A stretch of DNA of 64,000 nt, taken from Octopus sinensis. Taxonomy: Eukaryota. The DNA lies in NCBI RefSeq assembly GCF_006345805.1, contig NC_042997.1, positions 41,044,001-41,108,000 of the forward strand, given 5' to 3'. Of this stretch, positions 62,206 through 64,000 are shown piece by piece; the stretch's first letter is position 1, and each line of letters opens with the position of its first letter. The notes below the pieces were generated by a model that did not search any database, had not been told where the DNA came from, and saw only the letters and a program-made list of their open reading frames with translations. The translations under genes were made by a program, and so were the position numbers.

Positions 62206-62277
62206 AAATACTGTAAGCTTAGAAGGCCTTTAAACATCTCTTTTTCAGTCCTTGAAATATTATTGTCGGAAAGATCT
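62206..62277 (-). CDS. LRR exon 1 in window (type A): DLSDNNISRTEKEMFKGLLSLQY(L)
   Basis: gcttcag|A...TT|gtaagt, 72 nt, phase 2-2. Upstream exons are presumably beyond position 64000. Confidence 0.93.
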
Positions 62278-64000
62278 CTGAAGCAGGAAACAATATTGGT
62301 TAGATTGACATAGTGTGAATTGCGATAATATATTCAATATTGTTCTTTATGAAAAGCGACTAATTATAGGAAAATAATACAAGAGGAACATGAAAGAGGT
62401 TGTGGAGAAGAAGAAGACAAAGACGAAGGGGAGGAGGGAGAAGGGGAAAAGAAGAAGACAAGGAGGTAGGGGAGGGGAGAAGAAGTAGAAGAAGGAGTTG
62501 GAGGAGAAGGAGGAGGGGAGGTGAAGAAGGATGAGGACGGGGGAGGACAAGGAGATACAGGAGGGGGAGGAAAATAGGAGGAGGAGGAGCAGAGGGTAGA
62601 ATAAGAGAAGATGTAGAAGATTAAAAAGAGGAGAAAGAAAAGAAGAAGTAGAAGAAGGAGGAGTAGGGTTAGGAGAAGTCGAAAAAGAGGGGGAGGAAGA
62701 GAAGGAGGAAGAGAATAACAAAACAAAGAAGATAAGAAGAAGAAAAAGGAGGAGGAGGAGGAGAAGTAGGAGAAAAAAAGAAAAGAAGAAGAAGAAGAAG
62801 AAGAAGAAGAAGAAGGAGTAGGAGGAGGAAGAGGAGGAGGAGGAGCTGTGGAGAAGAAGAAGAAAAGAAGAAGAAGGAGGAAGAGGTGAGGAGGAGGAGG
62901 AGGAGCGGAGGAGAAGAAGAAGAAGTAGAAGAAGGAGGAAGAGGAGGAGGCGGAGGAGCGGAGGAGAAGAAGAAGTAGAAGAAGAAGGAGGAAGAGGAAG
63001 TGGAGAGAAGAAGAAGTAGAAGAAGACGAAAAAGAAGAAGAAGAAGAAGAAAAGAAGAATAAAGAAGAAGAAGAAGAAGAAGAAGAAAAAGAAGAAGAAG
63101 AAGAAGAAAAAGAAAAGAAGAAGAAGGTGATGATGATGATGAACCTGAAGAAGAAGAGCAACAAGAAGAAGTAGAAGAAGGATGATCAAATATGTCATTC
63201 TGAATAAGTCTCTGAATATTAGTGGATCACGTTTTCACTCTATGTACATCCCATTTACTGATCCGAGCAGTGGAATGAACACATCTGGAGTTTTTGATAA
63301 GTCTCAGATCGAATAATGGATGAAAGATGGCAACTTTGCAAATTCAAGGAATTACATTGAAGCAACAGGACGGAATTCCTTTTTAATAATTGCAAATGCC
63401 TTTTTAGGCAACACGAATACTTCGAACAGTGCTGAAATAATCGATAACCTGCTGGAGAGCTTTTAGAAGTTGGGCACAAATATCAGTATATAGCCGCACT
63501 ATTTCCACAACTACAACAAACAAGGAATAAAAATTCAACTTTGCCTTACACCTAGAGTAGAGGTTTCCATTTACAGATCTATGAATTCTGATAGCCATAA
63601 AAATGTCATATTTTCTTTCGATTAGGAGAAAAGCACTTTTCAATACTCTTCACAGGACGGTCGATTCTAATGGGAAGAAGAGAGGATCAGAATGCTTAAA
63701 ACAAAAGGGATTTCACTAAAGGAATTCAAACTGCCAAATGGTGGTGTCGAACCGAAATGTGGTTTAAGCCTACCAATCTAATAGATCATTAGAGTAGAGA
63801 CAGAGAAAGGGTACAGCATACCTGTGGAGCACAACCAAAGGTACCCTCAAGGTTACTTAAAGGTAGCCTTGGTTTACTTGTCGTTCAAAATGCTGGGCTT
63901 CATTAGCACCGAGTATCTCTCTTGGCGATAGCAGATCCTTAGCACAGTTAGGACAGTATCCTAAAAAATAACCCCTCTCATTGGAGCCAGAAGATAACTC

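Larger units (their letters stand above)
55870..62400 (-). repeat. Tandem duplication of a two-LRR-exon cassette (55870-56420 ~ 61066-61550; 57730-58265 ~ 61845-62380)
   Basis: Paired ORFs 57836/61950 and collinear unique intron sequence around each exon. Confidence 0.93.
55340..63180 (+). repeat. Several kilobase-scale purine-rich (GAA/GGA) low-complexity tracts forming the LRR-region introns (about 55340-55870, 56470-57725, 58265-60610, 61555-61830, 62380-63180)
   Basis: Directly visible; every tract is purine-rich on the plus strand. Confidence 0.97.

Noticed and set aside
55171-63198. Long Glu/Lys/Arg-rich (+) and Phe/Leu/Ser-rich (-) ORFs
   Set aside because: Stop-poor translations of GAA-rich intronic tracts; only the 72-nt LRR exons have splice and motif support.

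Overview
AT-rich, repeat-dense eukaryotic DNA. The SINE families and the TA/CA/TAA/GAA microsatellite load look like an octopus (cephalopod) genome; this is an inference from remembered repeat families. Almost all ORF-track entries are microsatellite or transposon noise. The real gene content is a minus-strand multi-exon gene that I assembled from GT-AG junctions and intron phases; its 5' end lies beyond the window. It has five 72-nt phase-2 LRR exons, an LRR C-terminal cap, a Ly6/uPAR three-finger domain, a SEA-like segment, a hormone-receptor (HRM) domain and a terminal exon ending in the PDZ-type motif ETNF*. This resembles an adhesion-GPCR ectodomain, but I find no GAIN or 7TM exons, and the Ly6 exon has a frameshift as assembled. 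The LRR exons sit in a duplicated two-exon cassette within huge (GAA)-rich introns. The duplicate exons differ at 14-19% of bases, almost all non-synonymously, while the one flanking intron segment I counted differs at about 4%. A decayed duplicate of the SEA-like exons lies downstream. The 3' end of a convergent plus-strand paralog (ETNL*) is present twice in a near-perfect 3.08-kb tandem duplication. Mobile DNA includes CR1, R4/Dong, Tx1 and Penelope retroelements, MULE and Helitron remnants, a complete non-autonomous Helitron, a solo LTR, tRNA-derived SINEs and several hammerhead-ribozyme motifs.
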